Shown here piece after piece: positions 62,480 through 64,000 of a DNA stretch of 64,000 nucleotides. The stretch's first letter is position 1, and every line of letters starts with the position of its first letter. The DNA is taken from NCBI GenBank assembly GCA_008632985.1, contig QPGO01000008.1, positions 538,979 through 602,978 of the forward strand, given 5' to 3'. The translations under genes and the position numbers were made by a program. This DNA comes from Psammoneis japonica (lineage: Eukaryota). A model generated the notes under the pieces. The model saw only the letters and a program-made list of their open reading frames with translations, had not been told where the DNA came from and searched no databases.

Positions 62480-64000
62480 GTTCACATCACAACATCATGC
62501 GTTTCTTTCTCACACTGTGAAAATGAAACCAGGAAATTGCCAAAAAACATCGAATCACCAGCATAGACAAGCAAGCATCAGTGACAACAAGAAGCCACAT
62601 GATGAACAACACACTGTCTGGGGAGGCTGCAGACGTGACAAACAAAAAATCAGAAAAAGCGCTGCACAATGTCGAGCGTCACAAGCTCAGGACAAGCAAC
62701 AAGCAACAAGCGCCAGTGACGGGGCAAGAAGCCACAATGCAATGAACAACACATTGTTCAAGGAGCTTGGATTGGTGACATGGAGGCCATGCCGAATGTC
62801 ACTTCTTTTGCATCTTGAACTTTTGCAGGTCAAAAAAGAAGAGCACCACACCACACCATGAAGAAAAGATGAAAAAGACGACAATGGCCAGCTCGGCGAG
62901 TCCCCGCCATCCCTGGTGCTCACAAGCCCACACTGTTCTGATGCCATTGACAACTCATTTGCACTTGGGCAATGCCCCATTGAGATTGAGCTCTTGGAAG
63001 AAGAGAAGCCAAACTGTGCATGCTGGCACAGTGAGCTCAACGTCAGCCAGTTTTTTCTTTGTGAAAAAACAGTCACACGCAGCATTTGCCAGATGATGTC
63101 GGCCAACAAGAGAGACCACTGTTGCTTTGATTTGGCAGCAACTTAGATGGTGAGTGCAATGAATCCACCTTTGAAGCAGATGAATGTTGAAATCTAAAGC
63201 GTTTGTGATCCACTGTGTTTTGGGCCACTGACGATGCCAAGAACAACGTGGCTGGTCATGCAAGGCAAAGATGGGTGCCAATTTGCTGGAAGATCTCTCT
63301 TTCTTTGCAACCCAAGGAAGAATGACACAGCAACACATGAGATGACAAACAATTGAGCAAAAAGACTGGTTCACAACAATTGATGAGCAAGCATCTCTGG
63401 ACACAACAGCTGCAAGAAAATCCTTGTCTCCAACCCATCTGGCATGTCATGTCAAGGGTCTCTTGTTCTTTGTTTTGCTTTTCATGATGTGCTCAGCTAA
63501 AGATTGCAGCTCTTCTTTCACAATCACCATGACTGCAGAGGCACAGCCAGTTGTTGGGTGAATGCCCCCCCTTTCTGCATGTTGCTTGTCCTGAGGAACT
63601 CAGCAGACCTGTGGCACAAAGTTTGTTTGCTTTGGCAGAGCTGCTGGTCATCTCACAGTGGTGCGTGGAACACTGAGCACTGTCAAGGGCATTCACAACT
63701 CTTTTTGAATCATTTTTGTCAAACCATTTGTTTGACAGAGCATTCATGACTCAACTCAACAAGAGTTGCCAAAAAAGGCCAAAGTTGGCCATGTTGGGGG
63801 TGTGACGTCAATTTTGCAAAGCAGTGCTCTGCAAACCACATTGAACGCTGCTGCCGCAACTGTGCACAAGAGCCACCCAATGTTGTGATTTCAGTGCAAA
63901 GAGACAAGGTGGGAAAGCATGTGAGTCAAGACAGCAACTTGTCATGTCTCAGAGACCCCCATCTCTCATTGCACCATCACAGCAGCACAGACAAGGTGCA
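62480..64000. repeat. Third TpA/CpG-depleted decayed-repeat domain (continues beyond window)
   Basis: Only a handful of TA and few CG; minus-strand LAPIFALHDQPRC weakly resembles transposase motifs. Confidence 0.8.

Overview
Eukaryotic nuclear DNA, most likely from a (pennate) diatom: compact genes with short GT-AG introns, a diatom-type phytoene desaturase, and proteins with bipartite plastid-type leaders. Gene-dense islands (about 1-4.1, 23.7-50.4 and 56-62.4 kb) encode PDS, mitochondrial bL33, a TBC+TLDc protein, a rhomboid-like/UBA protein, proteasome beta-2, an R3H/SUZ protein, a Deg protease, a large bromo/PHD/Tudor/AT-hook chromatin reader, a serine carboxypeptidase, RFT1, SmF, a DOT1-like methyltransferase and TRAPPC10. 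These islands alternate with sharply bounded domains of decayed transposons (about 4.1-23.6, 50.5-55.4 and 62.5-64 kb). The main discovery is in these domains: both CpG and TpA are almost eliminated and replaced by TpG/CpA. Three internal controls support a directional, double-stranded TpA-to-TpG/CpA (A:T to G:C) process acting alongside CpG decay. First, a trapped sulfotransferase-glycosyltransferase gene has Cys or His at positions where Tyr is expected while keeping most of its CpGs. Second, an LTR pair shows many TG/CA swaps. Third, one copy of a paralogous repeat retains TA and CG where the other has TG/CA. This looks like an 'inverse-RIP' genome-defence hypermutation system. Also found: a piggyBac-like transposase preceded by a DEDDh exonuclease, a gag-only LTR element, a 2.2-kb TIR element, and recurrent single-base frameshifts in otherwise healthy genes (probably assembly errors). 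All counts are manual estimates; no searches were run.
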